A DNA stretch of 19,434 bases from Promethearchaeia archaeon (GTDB lineage Archaea > Asgardarchaeota > Lokiarchaeia > Sigyniarchaeales > SOKP01): the NCBI GenBank assembly GCA_046497275.1, contig JAWOFX010000145.1, forward strand, positions 1 through 19,434. The letters are read 5' to 3'. The translations under genes and the position numbers were made by a program. The notes under the pieces are model-generated. The model worked only from the letters and a program-made list of their open reading frames with translations, did no database searches and was not told where the DNA came from. Of the stretch, positions 1 through 8,638 are shown in pieces. How positions within the stretch are numbered: the stretch's first letter is position 1; each line of letters starts with the position of its first letter.

Positions 1-162
1 AATGCAATTAAAGTAGTAAATGAATCGATTAATACGCATATAAATAAGTTATATCGAGTTCAATGCGGAATGCGCACGATCGAAAACCTTCAAATGCGTA
101 TCTCTCAGCGTCTCTCTTGCCCTATCATCGTCTCACCATCGTTAAAGGAAAAACTACATTAA
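1..162 (+). mobile_element. 3' end of a probable ISL3-family transposase (truncated by window start)
   Basis: Frame +1 is open from 1 to TAA at 160-162: NAIKVVNESINTHINKLYRVQCGMRTIENLQMRISQRLSCPIIVSPSLKEKLH. The spacing E-x-I-N-x2-I-x4-R-x3-G-x-R-x2-E-N-x3-R-I matches the ISL3 C-terminal pattern (EGxNxkIKxikRxaxGfRnfenfrxRI) as I recall it. Bases 61-140 are 50% GC by count, well above the rest of the window. No terminal inverted repeat identified. Confidence 0.5.
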
Positions 163-194
163 TGATCTAAATTTCAATGATCATAGTCTAAAGT

Positions 195-212
195 AAAGAA
201 AAAAAAAGAAAA
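195..212 (-). terminator. Oligo-T tract (archaeal-type terminator) after the MFS gene
   Basis: Minus strand reads TTTTCTTTTTTTTTCTTT directly after the stop at 214. Confidence 0.45.
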
Positions 213-213
213 T

Positions 214-1635
214 TTATTTGTTTCTTGTTTCAAATTTATTCTTCTTATCTAAGTGAATTTTATCTAATTTTCTCTGAATAGATTTTAAATATTCTCCATG
301 TAAAGGATATTTATACATTGCAAGAATAACGATGATCAATGCTATAATGGGAAAAATCGAGCCTAAAAGCTTTAATCCAAATATTTGAGCAGAAGTTATC
401 GTTTCGGGTACATATAGCTTCCATCCAACACTATTAAATACAAGATTTATAGAAAGAAAAACAAAAATATAACCAATTCTTAAAAAGAAAATGTAAATAC
501 CAAAATAGCTTGCATCTCGTCTCGTACCTGTGTTTAATTCATCTTCATCAATAATATCAGAGATAATTAAAGCTTTAGCATAAAGAGAACCCGCTAAACC
601 AATTCCAAATAAAAAGAAGACTATTAAGCCTGACCATCTATCATTAATAAATAGCACGGGTATCAATGTAACTATCCAGATTATGGAAGATATAATCCAC
701 ATCATTCTAACACCAACTTTTTTTACCACAGGTTTCCATAAAAAGTTGACAAAAATGGCTGCAGAAATAAATGTAATTCCTAACATTATTGACTGAAACA
801 TAGAATCTTCAATATTTAAAACATATTTACCAAAGAGAGGAACTATTGTAGGAAGAATAGATTCAATATAAAATGCTCCTATGAATGCAGGTAAAGCCCA
901 TCGAAAAGATTTACTTTTCAAGCAAATTTTAAAAGATTCCCAAAATTTAGGTACATTCAAATAATCTTCTTGAAATTCTTTTCTTTCTCGTGGTGTAAAA
1001 AGAAGAAAGATTAGTCCTATAGCGATTATTATAAAAACTAAAATAATGCCATATAAATGGAAGTTGGATAGTTGAGCGGGATCAGAAAAATCTTCAATAA
1101 AAAAGGTGGGCATTATAAATGCAAATATTAAGCCTATAATGGTAAAGATTTGTCTAACATTATTTGCCTTAACTCTTGATGCTTCAGTGATAAACACTTC
1201 TGGAAAGGTGGATGAAATATTAATATCATATGTAGTATAGCAGAACTCAAAAATCAAAATAATTATAGTAAAATAGATAAAATTTGATATTTGATCAGTT
1301 ATCCCATAAGATTTAGGGGCGAAAAATAAAAAAAACATTGTTAATGCGAGAGGTAAAAGAAAAGCCATAATATATGGTCTTCTACGGCCATATTTTGTAT
1401 GAGTCCTATCACTAATATATCCCATAATAGGATCATTGAAAGCATTCCAGATACTCCAAATAAGGTAACCTATTGTCATTAAATTTACATCTATTCCTAT
1501 AACTGCGAAATAAAATGTAAAAACAAGATAAGAAAATGATTGATACGATGTGATCAAGGAAAGGTGTCCAAAACTATATGCTATAGCGCCTTTTGTTGAA
1601 TATTCCTCCGTTTCTGATTTATTAACTTTTTTCAT
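214..1635 (-). CDS. MFS transporter, glycoside-pentoside-hexuronide (GPH/MelB-like) family
   Basis: About 12 hydrophobic segments; family motif WNAFNDPIMGYISDRTHTKYGRRRPYI; second-half motif SDIIDEDELNTGTRRDASYFG. ATG at 1635 preferred; TTG at 1641 is an alternative start. Confidence 0.9.
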   Translation of the reverse strand: MKKVNKSETEEYSTKGAIAYSFGHLSLITSYQSFSYLVFTFYFAVIGIDVNLMTIGYLIWSIWNAFNDPIMGYISDRTHTKYGRRRPYIMAFLLPLALTMFFLFFAPKSYGITDQISNFIYFTIIILIFEFCYTTYDINISSTFPEVFITEASRVKANNVRQIFTIIGLIFAFIMPTFFIEDFSDPAQLSNFHLYGIILVFIIIAIGLIFLLFTPRERKEFQEDYLNVPKFWESFKICLKSKSFRWALPAFIGAFYIESILPTIVPLFGKYVLNIEDSMFQSIMLGITFISAAIFVNFLWKPVVKKVGVRMMWIISSIIWIVTLIPVLFINDRWSGLIVFFLFGIGLAGSLYAKALIISDIIDEDELNTGTRRDASYFGIYIFFLRIGYIFVFLSINLVFNSVGWKLYVPETITSAQIFGLKLLGSIFPIIALIIVILAMYKYPLHGEYLKSIQRKLDKIHLDKKNKFETRNK

Positions 1636-1802
1636 TATCAATAATCCTTTTAAATTTTTTAAAATGATTTTATATAGAGTTTATACCAACATCTATATAA
1701 TATTATATTCTTCAAAAAGGGAAAGACATAAATAAGGAATTTTTAATAAATACTGAAATAAGGATTCATAAATGAATAATATAATTTATATTAAGATAGT
1801 GT

Positions 1803-2777
1803 TTATTCTTTTTTGATTTCAAAATGAACTTTATCAAAAATATTATGAATCTTCTGATGAATTTTAAATTTATTATTGATTATATTAGACCCGATATCTA
1901 TTAATTCCTCTTCATTAAATAGATTATTCAATAATATAGATTCAATTTTATTCATAATAGCATCCTTTACTTTGTAGGCGTATCGTCTCTTCTTTTTTTC
2001 TTCAATCAATTCTGACATTTTAACATAATCTTTGTGCTCCCAGATACTCTCAATTAATTCATCGACACCTTCACCACTTAAAGAGTTAGTCATATGTGCT
2101 GGAGGCCTCCATCCACTTTGAGAGGATGTGGCATCATCCAGCATCATTTCGATCTGCACCACCACCTCTTCTCCTCCTAAATCCTTTTTATTTACATCAT
2201 AAATATCACCGATTTCTATTATTCCTGCTTTCTGCATTTGAATCGCATCCCCAGCACCAGGAATTAATATCACTATTGTACTATATACAAGATTATAAAT
2301 TTCAAATTCTGCTTGCCCAACACCTACTGTCTCAATTATAATGATATCCATACCGAATGCTTCATATAATAGAGAGATGTCGAAAACAGCCCGAGAAATT
2401 CCACCTTTATATCCTCTTGATGCGAGACTTCTCATAAAGACATTGGGATGGCAAGAGATTTCTGAGAGACGTACTCGATCTCCTAAAAATGCCCCTCCAG
2501 TGAAAGGAGAAGTTGGATCAACAGAAATTACTCCTATTTTCATATCTTTCTCTACTAATCGCTTTACAATTTGCCCAGTCAATGTACTTTTGCCGACTCC
2601 TGGACTACCTGTAAGACCAATTATATAGGATTCATTTTCAATATCATCAAATTGCTTAAAAATTTCTAATGCAGAATCTGGATTATTTTCTACGAGTGTA
2701 ATTAATCTTGCTAAGGCTACTTTATCGTGGTTTTTGAATCGTTGACATAATTCTTCAATGTTATATTTCTTATTCAA
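1803..2777 (-). CDS. meaB: MeaB/ArgK-family GTPase chaperone of AdoCbl-dependent mutases
   Basis: N-terminal ALARLITLVEN, P-loop GSPGVGKS, DPTSPFTGGAFLGDRVR, ETVGVGQAE, NKKD; adjacent to mutase genes; TTG start preceded by GGTG. Confidence 0.93.
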   Translation of the reverse strand: MNKKYNIEELCQRFKNHDKVALARLITLVENNPDSALEIFKQFDDIENESYIIGLTGSPGVGKSTLTGQIVKRLVEKDMKIGVISVDPTSPFTGGAFLGDRVRLSEISCHPNVFMRSLASRGYKGGISRAVFDISLLYEAFGMDIIIIETVGVGQAEFEIYNLVYSTIVILIPGAGDAIQMQKAGIIEIGDIYDVNKKDLGGEEVVVQIEMMLDDATSSQSGWRPPAHMTNSLSGEGVDELIESIWEHKDYVKMSELIEEKKKRRYAYKVKDAIMNKIESILLNNLFNEEELIDIGSNIINNKFKIHQKIHNIFDKVHFEIKKE

Positions 2778-3030
2778 AAAGAATGCACCATAATATCATC
2801 ATTTCTCACTATATTTTTTTAAATAAGATTACAGAATTTTCTGTATTTCTTAGGTAGAAAAATATTTATTCCTATTATTAATTTATGAAATCGTAATTGT
2901 TTTTAATTTGAGATTAATAATTCTTCTTAAAATCATAAATATCGTGTTTTTTACTTATTTCTCATTATGCCTAGCCTTACTAACAATTAGTCGTAAAAAA
3001 GAAGGAATAAAAAAATGAATTCTTTCAAAT

Positions 3031-3435
3031 TTATTTTGTTTCAATATTATTATGGATAAAATCTACTATATCTTGAGTCATAGTTCCGGGACCAAATACT
3101 CCCGCAACCCCGATATCTTTAAGCTTCTTGAAATCTTTAGCAGGAATAACACCGCCTACTAGTATCATAAAATCGCCTTTTAACCTTTTTTCTTCTAATT
3201 TGTCTATCAGTTGCTTGGTATATGCAAGATGAGCTCCAGAATGAATACTTAATCCAATAATATCTACATCCTCATGAACTGCAGATTCCACAATTTGATT
3301 GATGTTTTGAAATCCTCCAAAAATTAATTCCATGCCTGCATCTCTAAGAGCTCTCGATACAACAATACCACCTCGCCAATGACCATCTATCCCTGGCTTA
3401 CTCATAAGCACTCTAATTTTTTTAGTTTGCTGCAT
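3031..3435 (-). CDS. Cobalamin-binding small subunit of an acyl-CoA mutase (MCM C-terminal domain-like)
   Basis: KPGIDGHWRG (DxHxxG base-off/His-on motif), IGLSIHSGAH, VGGVIP, FGPGT; 15 nt downstream of the large subunit. Confidence 0.93.
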   Translation of the reverse strand: MQQTKKIRVLMSKPGIDGHWRGGIVVSRALRDAGMELIFGGFQNINQIVESAVHEDVDIIGLSIHSGAHLAYTKQLIDKLEEKRLKGDFMILVGGVIPAKDFKKLKDIGVAGVFGPGTMTQDIVDFIHNNIETK

Positions 3436-3440
3436 TTTTA

Positions 3441-3447
3441 CACCTCC
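3441..3447 (-). promoter_or_regulatory. Shine-Dalgarno GGAGGTG for the mutase small subunit
   Basis: Minus strand GGAGGTG-TAAAA-ATG (start at 3435). Confidence 0.7.
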
Positions 3448-3450
3448 GGT

Positions 3451-5124
3451 TTAAATGGCGAGAGGGGGATCCCAAATACCCCATATCTCTCTATAAATAT
3501 CACAGATCTCTCCCACAGTAGCTCCCTCTTTGGTGGCTTTCATTACAACAGGCATCACATTTTCCTCTCGTTCGCAAACTTTTCGTAATTCATCGAGAAT
3601 TTCTTCTAGTTTATCATTATCTCGTCTCTTTTTTAATTTCTTAATACGCTCTATTTCAATTTTCATAGCTTCTTCATTTGTTCTAAACACATCCGTGACC
3701 TCATCATACGGAACTGGATATTTATTTACACCTAAGGTTATTTCTTCTCCAGTCTCCATCTTTTTCTGTCTTTTATGAAACGCATCTCTCATTTCTTTAT
3801 ATAACCAGCCTGTTGATAAAGCTTTATCTATTGATCCTACTTTCTCAATTTTATCTATATAATTCCATACTCGCTCTTCAATTTCATCGGTTAACCACTC
3901 AACATAATAGGATCCCGCCATTGGATCAACAGTGTTAGGAATTCTAGTCTCATCGGAAATTATTTGCTGAGTTCTAAGGGCAATTAAGGCGGCTTCTTTA
4001 GAGGGCAAACATATAGCTTCATCAAAAGAATTAGTGTGGAGTGATTGACATCCACCTATCGTTGCTTCTAGTGCTTGAATGGCTGTTCTAATAATATTAA
4101 CTTTCGGTAATTGAGCAGTTAAGGAACTTCCCGCTGTTTGGACATGAAATCTAAACTGCATGGATTTTTGATCTTCTACATCATATCGATCTCGCATTAA
4201 TTTTGCCCAAATTCTACGAGCGGCTCTATATTTTGCGATCTCTTCAAAAAAGTCTTTATGAGCAGAGAGGTGGAAGGCTAATCTATTCACAAAGTCGTCC
4301 ACCTTCCATCCTCGGTCGGCTATATTATCGATATGAGAACATGCACTAGCAAAGACAAAACCTAATTCTTGTACTGCGTCTATACCACCTTCTCGATAAT
4401 TATATCCAGTAAAATTAATTGGATGCCATTTTGGTACATTGCCCATCGGCACAGTCCATTCAATAAAATCACAAGCCAAATCAAGTAAATGTTTCGGGGG
4501 AACGTTCTTATAGGGAATATAACCGACTGTCATGGTCAAAATATCATTTTGTGTAGTTCCCATAAGTTGAGTTACATCATAGCCTCTCTTTTTTGCCATA
4601 TTATAATACATAGCAGAAACTGGAGCAGCGGTAAAAGGTTCAACAACCAATGCCACACTTATTTTATCAATTGGGACGTCTTCAGTTAACGCGAATAAAC
4701 TATCAATACAATAGAGAGGAACTCCAGATGTTCCTACTTCTGGTGCTCCATCTGAATTTGAAGGATCGATTCCATTAAAGGTTAATGCATCAACTGCCGC
4801 GCTAAATCCTGTTTCTCCATGCTCATATAAGAATTTCCACCGCTCATTCGTTTCTTCAGGAGTTCCATGTCCACTAAACAAACGCATAGTCCAAATTCTT
4901 CCCCGATACATAGTCGGATATGGTCCGCGCGTATATGGGGGTTGTCCTGGAAATCCGATATCTTCAATATAATTCGTTTTTACATCTAAGGGAGTATATA
5001 ATCGTTTAACTGGGATTCCCGAATCTGTTTCGAATTTTACATCACGCTCTTTTACATCCTTGAATTTTTTTTCCCATTTCTCTTTTTCTCTTCTGATCTT
5101 TTCTAAATATTCATCATCATACAT
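3451..5124 (-). CDS. AdoCbl-dependent acyl-CoA mutase large (substrate-binding) subunit, MCM/ICM family, atypical active site
   Basis: GFPGQPPYTRGPYPTMY, WTMRLFSG, GTTQNDIL, FFEEIAKYRAARRIW, FHVQTAGSSLTAQ, QSLHTNSFDEA, VDPMAGSYYVEWLT. No mcm symbol given because specificity residues differ from MCM. Confidence 0.93.
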   Translation of the reverse strand: MYDDEYLEKIRREKEKWEKKFKDVKERDVKFETDSGIPVKRLYTPLDVKTNYIEDIGFPGQPPYTRGPYPTMYRGRIWTMRLFSGHGTPEETNERWKFLYEHGETGFSAAVDALTFNGIDPSNSDGAPEVGTSGVPLYCIDSLFALTEDVPIDKISVALVVEPFTAAPVSAMYYNMAKKRGYDVTQLMGTTQNDILTMTVGYIPYKNVPPKHLLDLACDFIEWTVPMGNVPKWHPINFTGYNYREGGIDAVQELGFVFASACSHIDNIADRGWKVDDFVNRLAFHLSAHKDFFEEIAKYRAARRIWAKLMRDRYDVEDQKSMQFRFHVQTAGSSLTAQLPKVNIIRTAIQALEATIGGCQSLHTNSFDEAICLPSKEAALIALRTQQIISDETRIPNTVDPMAGSYYVEWLTDEIEERVWNYIDKIEKVGSIDKALSTGWLYKEMRDAFHKRQKKMETGEEITLGVNKYPVPYDEVTDVFRTNEEAMKIEIERIKKLKKRRDNDKLEEILDELRKVCEREENVMPVVMKATKEGATVGEICDIYREIWGIWDPPLAI

Positions 5125-5263
5125 AATTATAACACTTTTAATCGAATTGAAGAAATAAATTTAATTTCTTAATTAATAATAAATTACTATTGTTTTAATT
5201 AATTAAAAAATTTTAAGTATCATAAATATTGAAATAGTATTTTACAAGAATTAGATGATTTTT

Positions 5264-6199
5264 TTAAAAAGAAAAGCGATTAATTTTTCTTAATGTTTCT
5301 AAGTCAAACTTACTTGCTGCATATTCAGCTATAGGGACGATACACCCACAGTTCTCACATAATTTTTCTGAATTTCCCATTACGCAAAATTTCCGTTGAC
5401 CATTAGGATAATAACTTTTAACACCACCCATTTTAAATATACAATTAGGGATGAATTCTTTTGTAATGTATAATTCAAGCATTTTCTTCGAGAATATAAT
5501 AAAATCTCCATATTCACTTAAAACTTTTAAAATACTTTTGGTTACTGACTTAAGCATCTCTCCGCTTAATAATAATGGATCACCAGAATAACCGGTATAA
5601 AATAAGAAAAAAATACCTGAAACACCAATATCATAGGCAATTTTTACTACTTTCTCAATCTCCTTATAATTCATAGAACTTATGGTATGAGAAATTGTTA
5701 CTCTTTTATCATCCTCAATATTTTTGATAATTCTTTGAAATATTTTTGCCCCTCGTATTGAATTATGCATTTCTTCTCCACCATCTAAACTTACCCAATA
5801 AACTGGTTGTTTAAGACCCTTAAAATTTGGTAATTTTATTAGGCCATTAGATGCAACTTGGATTGTAGGAAATATTTTAAGAGCATGCTCGATTAAATTC
5901 ATTCTAAGAGTGGGTTCACCACCTGTTAGAGCCGCACTTACAATTCCTAAATTTCTATGATGATTAAATACTTTTAGCCATTGTTGATCCGTTAAATCTT
6001 GTATGGATCTAGAGGAATTTTTACCTAATTCACTTTTTGATGCATTAAAATAGCAATGTTTACAATTTAAATTACACTCCCAGGTTAAATCATAATTTAC
6101 GGCCATAGGTATTTTTCTAGTTTTGTTTTTTAAGAAGTTAAAACCCGCTTTAATGCCAGTTTTAATATTTTCTGGAGTGATTAAACCATTTATTACCAT
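5264..6199 (-). CDS. Radical SAM protein with C-terminal Cys cluster (SPASM/twitch-like)
   Basis: CNLNCKHC (CxxxCxxC), LTGGEP, VSLDG; C-terminal C..C..CENCGC. Confidence 0.88.
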   Translation of the reverse strand: MVINGLITPENIKTGIKAGFNFLKNKTRKIPMAVNYDLTWECNLNCKHCYFNASKSELGKNSSRSIQDLTDQQWLKVFNHHRNLGIVSAALTGGEPTLRMNLIEHALKIFPTIQVASNGLIKLPNFKGLKQPVYWVSLDGGEEMHNSIRGAKIFQRIIKNIEDDKRVTISHTISSMNYKEIEKVVKIAYDIGVSGIFFLFYTGYSGDPLLLSGEMLKSVTKSILKVLSEYGDFIIFSKKMLELYITKEFIPNCIFKMGGVKSYYPNGQRKFCVMGNSEKLCENCGCIVPIAEYAASKFDLETLRKINRFSF

Positions 6200-6316
6200 T
6201 GGATATTAATAAAATAAATTTAATATATTTAGAGTTTTTAAAATTATATTTTTTTATCCCTTAATAAAATATATCTTTTTTTAACCCATATTCTAAAAAT
6301 AGATATTTATTTTTCT

Positions 6317-7120
6317 TTACTTCGAGATAATGAAATTAAAATATTCTCCTTGCATTCGCCACGCATGAAAAAAACTATCGAATGTCCTTAATTCCCAATT
6401 TTTAATTATTGATTTAATCTCATTCATAAGATCTTTTAATAATTTAACACTGCAAGGAGATTTGCAATGTGAAGGAAATAGAATTATATCTTCGTATTTT
6501 TCTGAAATATTGATTAAATCAGAGAGCGTTTTTAATACGAGAGGGAATTCGTTTCGAGGAGGTAAAAAAATATCTCCATAGTAGGCTACATCTCCCGTGA
6601 ATAGTATATTATTTGTCTTTAGACAAATGGAACCAGGAGAATGCCCAGGAGCATGTATGATTTCTACATTCAGATCTCCTAAATCAAATATATCCTTATC
6701 ATGAAGATTAAGAATTTTATCAGCAGGAGGGACGAGAAAATTGTACTTTTCATACTTTTTTACACTTTTTCGGGGTGAATTTCGTAAAAAGGTGAGATTA
6801 TAATTGTTTTTAATAATATTTGCTTCATTTTTATGAATATAAACCTCCTCAAATTCATGATTCCCTAAAATATGGTCCCAATGAGCATGCGAGTTTATTA
6901 CAATTAATTCTCTTCCTTCTATTATATCTTTTACAATAGGCTTTAAAGGATAAAGACCACATCCCGTATCAAGCAATATTGCTCTTTTAGATCCTAGAAC
7001 AATATAAAGATTAAGAGGATCATTTCTATAGATGGGATGGATTTCTGAGATATTTTCCTGAATAGAAAAGACTTTATTATTTAATTTAGTTATTTTAAAA
7101 TGGTTATCTTTTTGCTTCAT
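6317..7120 (-). CDS. Metallo-beta-lactamase-fold hydrolase
   Basis: LLDTG, HAHWDH (HxHxDH), PGHSPGS, LFTGD and a late PSH motif. Confidence 0.9.
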   Translation of the reverse strand: MKQKDNHFKITKLNNKVFSIQENISEIHPIYRNDPLNLYIVLGSKRAILLDTGCGLYPLKPIVKDIIEGRELIVINSHAHWDHILGNHEFEEVYIHKNEANIIKNNYNLTFLRNSPRKSVKKYEKYNFLVPPADKILNLHDKDIFDLGDLNVEIIHAPGHSPGSICLKTNNILFTGDVAYYGDIFLPPRNEFPLVLKTLSDLINISEKYEDIILFPSHCKSPCSVKLLKDLMNEIKSIIKNWELRTFDSFFHAWRMQGEYFNFIISK

Positions 7121-7341
7121 TTCTTAAATAATTTGTTCATTTTAATTGATTCAATTTGAATTGGTTTGATATAATAATGAGATATTCTTTTAATCAAGTA
7201 ATTCTCTTTTAATCATAAAATTTTATTCTATAGAATAATAATTAAGAAAATATTTTTTAATTAATTGGATATCAAAAACATTTATATTTATATAATCCGT
7301 ATTTTTAATCATTCTAATAAGATTATAGAGGAAAAATTAAA

Positions 7342-8043
7342 ATGGGTAATGAGATTCGAGACCAAGCTGAAAAATTAGGTTTATTAAATCTTCCCGGTGT
7401 AACCCTATATGCTCATCCAAGCGGTGTAAGACAAACTTTTGCTAGGATAGTTCCCCATACGGACAAAGCAGTCGAAAATTATATTAGTCAAATCGATCCT
7501 TCTTTTGTTAAAGGAAGAAGCGGTGGATCAAGAGGATCAACCTACGTTGTATATGCTCCTAATGCTAAAATATATTTTGAAGATCAAGATCTTTATATTG
7601 GATGGGCGCATAATGAAAAAAATCATTTACAACAAATTAAAATTCATGCAGATACAGAAGAAAAAATAAGGCATATTGCTCAAATTATCGACAATCTGTA
7701 TACCAATGGAGTATTAGCTAACATAAATTGGAAAAAGATAAATAAGAAATATAAAATAGACGAAAAAGAAGGTATAGCAATGTGGAATAAAGTTTTGAAT
7801 AAACAAACCACAAAACCAAATTCTATCGATAAAGTAGAAGAATTCAAGGTCTGTCGTAAATGTGGGAAAGAAAATCCTATAGAAAATAAATTCTGTATTG
7901 AATGTGGAAATGAATTTCCTGATGAAGAATCCCAAAAGCAACATCTCGAAGAAAATGATCAAGAATTTAAGAAATGCAGTAAATGCGGTAAGCAAAATCC
8001 TATTAAAAACAAATTCTGTATAGAATGTGGAAAAAAATTTTAA
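7342..8043 (+). CDS. Hypothetical protein: unknown N-terminal domain plus two C-terminal zinc ribbons
   Basis: Two CxxCG-x9-CxxCG units; purine-rich GAGG upstream; followed by a T9 tract. Confidence 0.85.
   Translation: MGNEIRDQAEKLGLLNLPGVTLYAHPSGVRQTFARIVPHTDKAVENYISQIDPSFVKGRSGGSRGSTYVVYAPNAKIYFEDQDLYIGWAHNEKNHLQQIKIHADTEEKIRHIAQIIDNLYTNGVLANINWKKINKKYKIDEKEGIAMWNKVLNKQTTKPNSIDKVEEFKVCRKCGKENPIENKFCIECGNEFPDEESQKQHLEENDQEFKKCSKCGKQNPIKNKFCIECGKKF
7840..8040 (+). repeat. Intragenic duplication, two 78-nt zinc-ribbon units (7840-7917 and 7963-8040)
   Basis: EFKVCRKCGKENPIENKFCIECGNEF versus EFKKCSKCGKQNPIKNKFCIECGKKF, 20/26 aa identical. Confidence 0.9.
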
Positions 8044-8051
8044 AATAAATA

Positions 8052-8060
8052 TTTTTTTTT
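8052..8060 (+). terminator. T9 tract between convergent genes
   Basis: Nine T residues 9 nt after the stop at 8043. Confidence 0.45.
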
Positions 8061-8069
8061 AAAAATTTA

Positions 8070-8243
8070 TTAAGCTAAGTTGCTACAGCAATTAGTGCAT
8101 AATAATTCTTTTATATCTCTTACACCACATTCTCCGAAATCACATTCCCATTTATTTGCCGAAGAATTAAGGGAAATACTTAAACCACAAGTTAAAGGGA
8201 TTGTTTCTATTATTTTTCCACAATTTGCACATCTTAATTTCAT
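8070..8243 (-). CDS. 57-aa cysteine-rich putative metal-binding microprotein (not in the supplied ORF track)
   Basis: Manual translation: MKLRCANCGKIIETIPLTCGLSISLNSSANKWECDFGECGVRDIKELLCTNCCSNLA*. 8 Cys; SD GAGGTG (8257-8252) 8 nt upstream of ATG. Confidence 0.8.
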   Translation of the reverse strand: MKLRCANCGKIIETIPLTCGLSISLNSSANKWECDFGECGVRDIKELLCTNCCSNLA

Positions 8244-8638
8244 TCTTAATACACCTCTGAAAATTTTATTTTATTTTACCATTTCTTATATCAAAAATAG
8301 TTTTAATAAGAATTGCGCCAATGTTTTTGAATCTGAAATTAATAAAAAGTTTCAATAACAAATGAAAAGCATAAGGAAATTTATAGATTATAAATTATCT
8401 AATAAGATATAAGAAATTAATTTTTTAAAAAGTAATTAAGAATTTTTAGATCTATCATAATAACTTAATTTTGATATTTATAAACTATTAAAAATTTATA
8501 GATTTAAATTAATTTATTAAAAGAAGAAAAATAGTTTAGTTGTAGCTTTTTGGATCTATGTGTAAATTCACAAATTTTTTATTTTTCCATCAATTTTTTA
8601 AGACTAATTTAAATTAAACAAATGGAATATGATTAAAA

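Noticed and set aside
2176-2210. MeaB reads IYDVNKKD where a hydrophobic residue usually precedes VNK
   Set aside because: A single substitution (GAT versus GTT) with the NKxD motif intact; could be drift or a base error.
2830-2845. Palindrome TACAGAA-TT-TTCTGTA about 50 nt upstream of meaB
   Set aside because: 7-bp arms are expected several times by chance in AT-rich spacers, and no second copy was found.
1550-4967. Short plus-strand ORFs (1550, 2096, 2341, 3379, 3530, 4489) and the minus-strand alternate-frame ORF 4782-4967
   Set aside because: They overlap well-supported genes and have no recognisable motifs.
8080-8358. 92-aa plus-strand ORF in the track
   Set aside because: Antisense shadow of the 57-aa Cys-rich gene, which has the SD and the motif; this ORF has neither.
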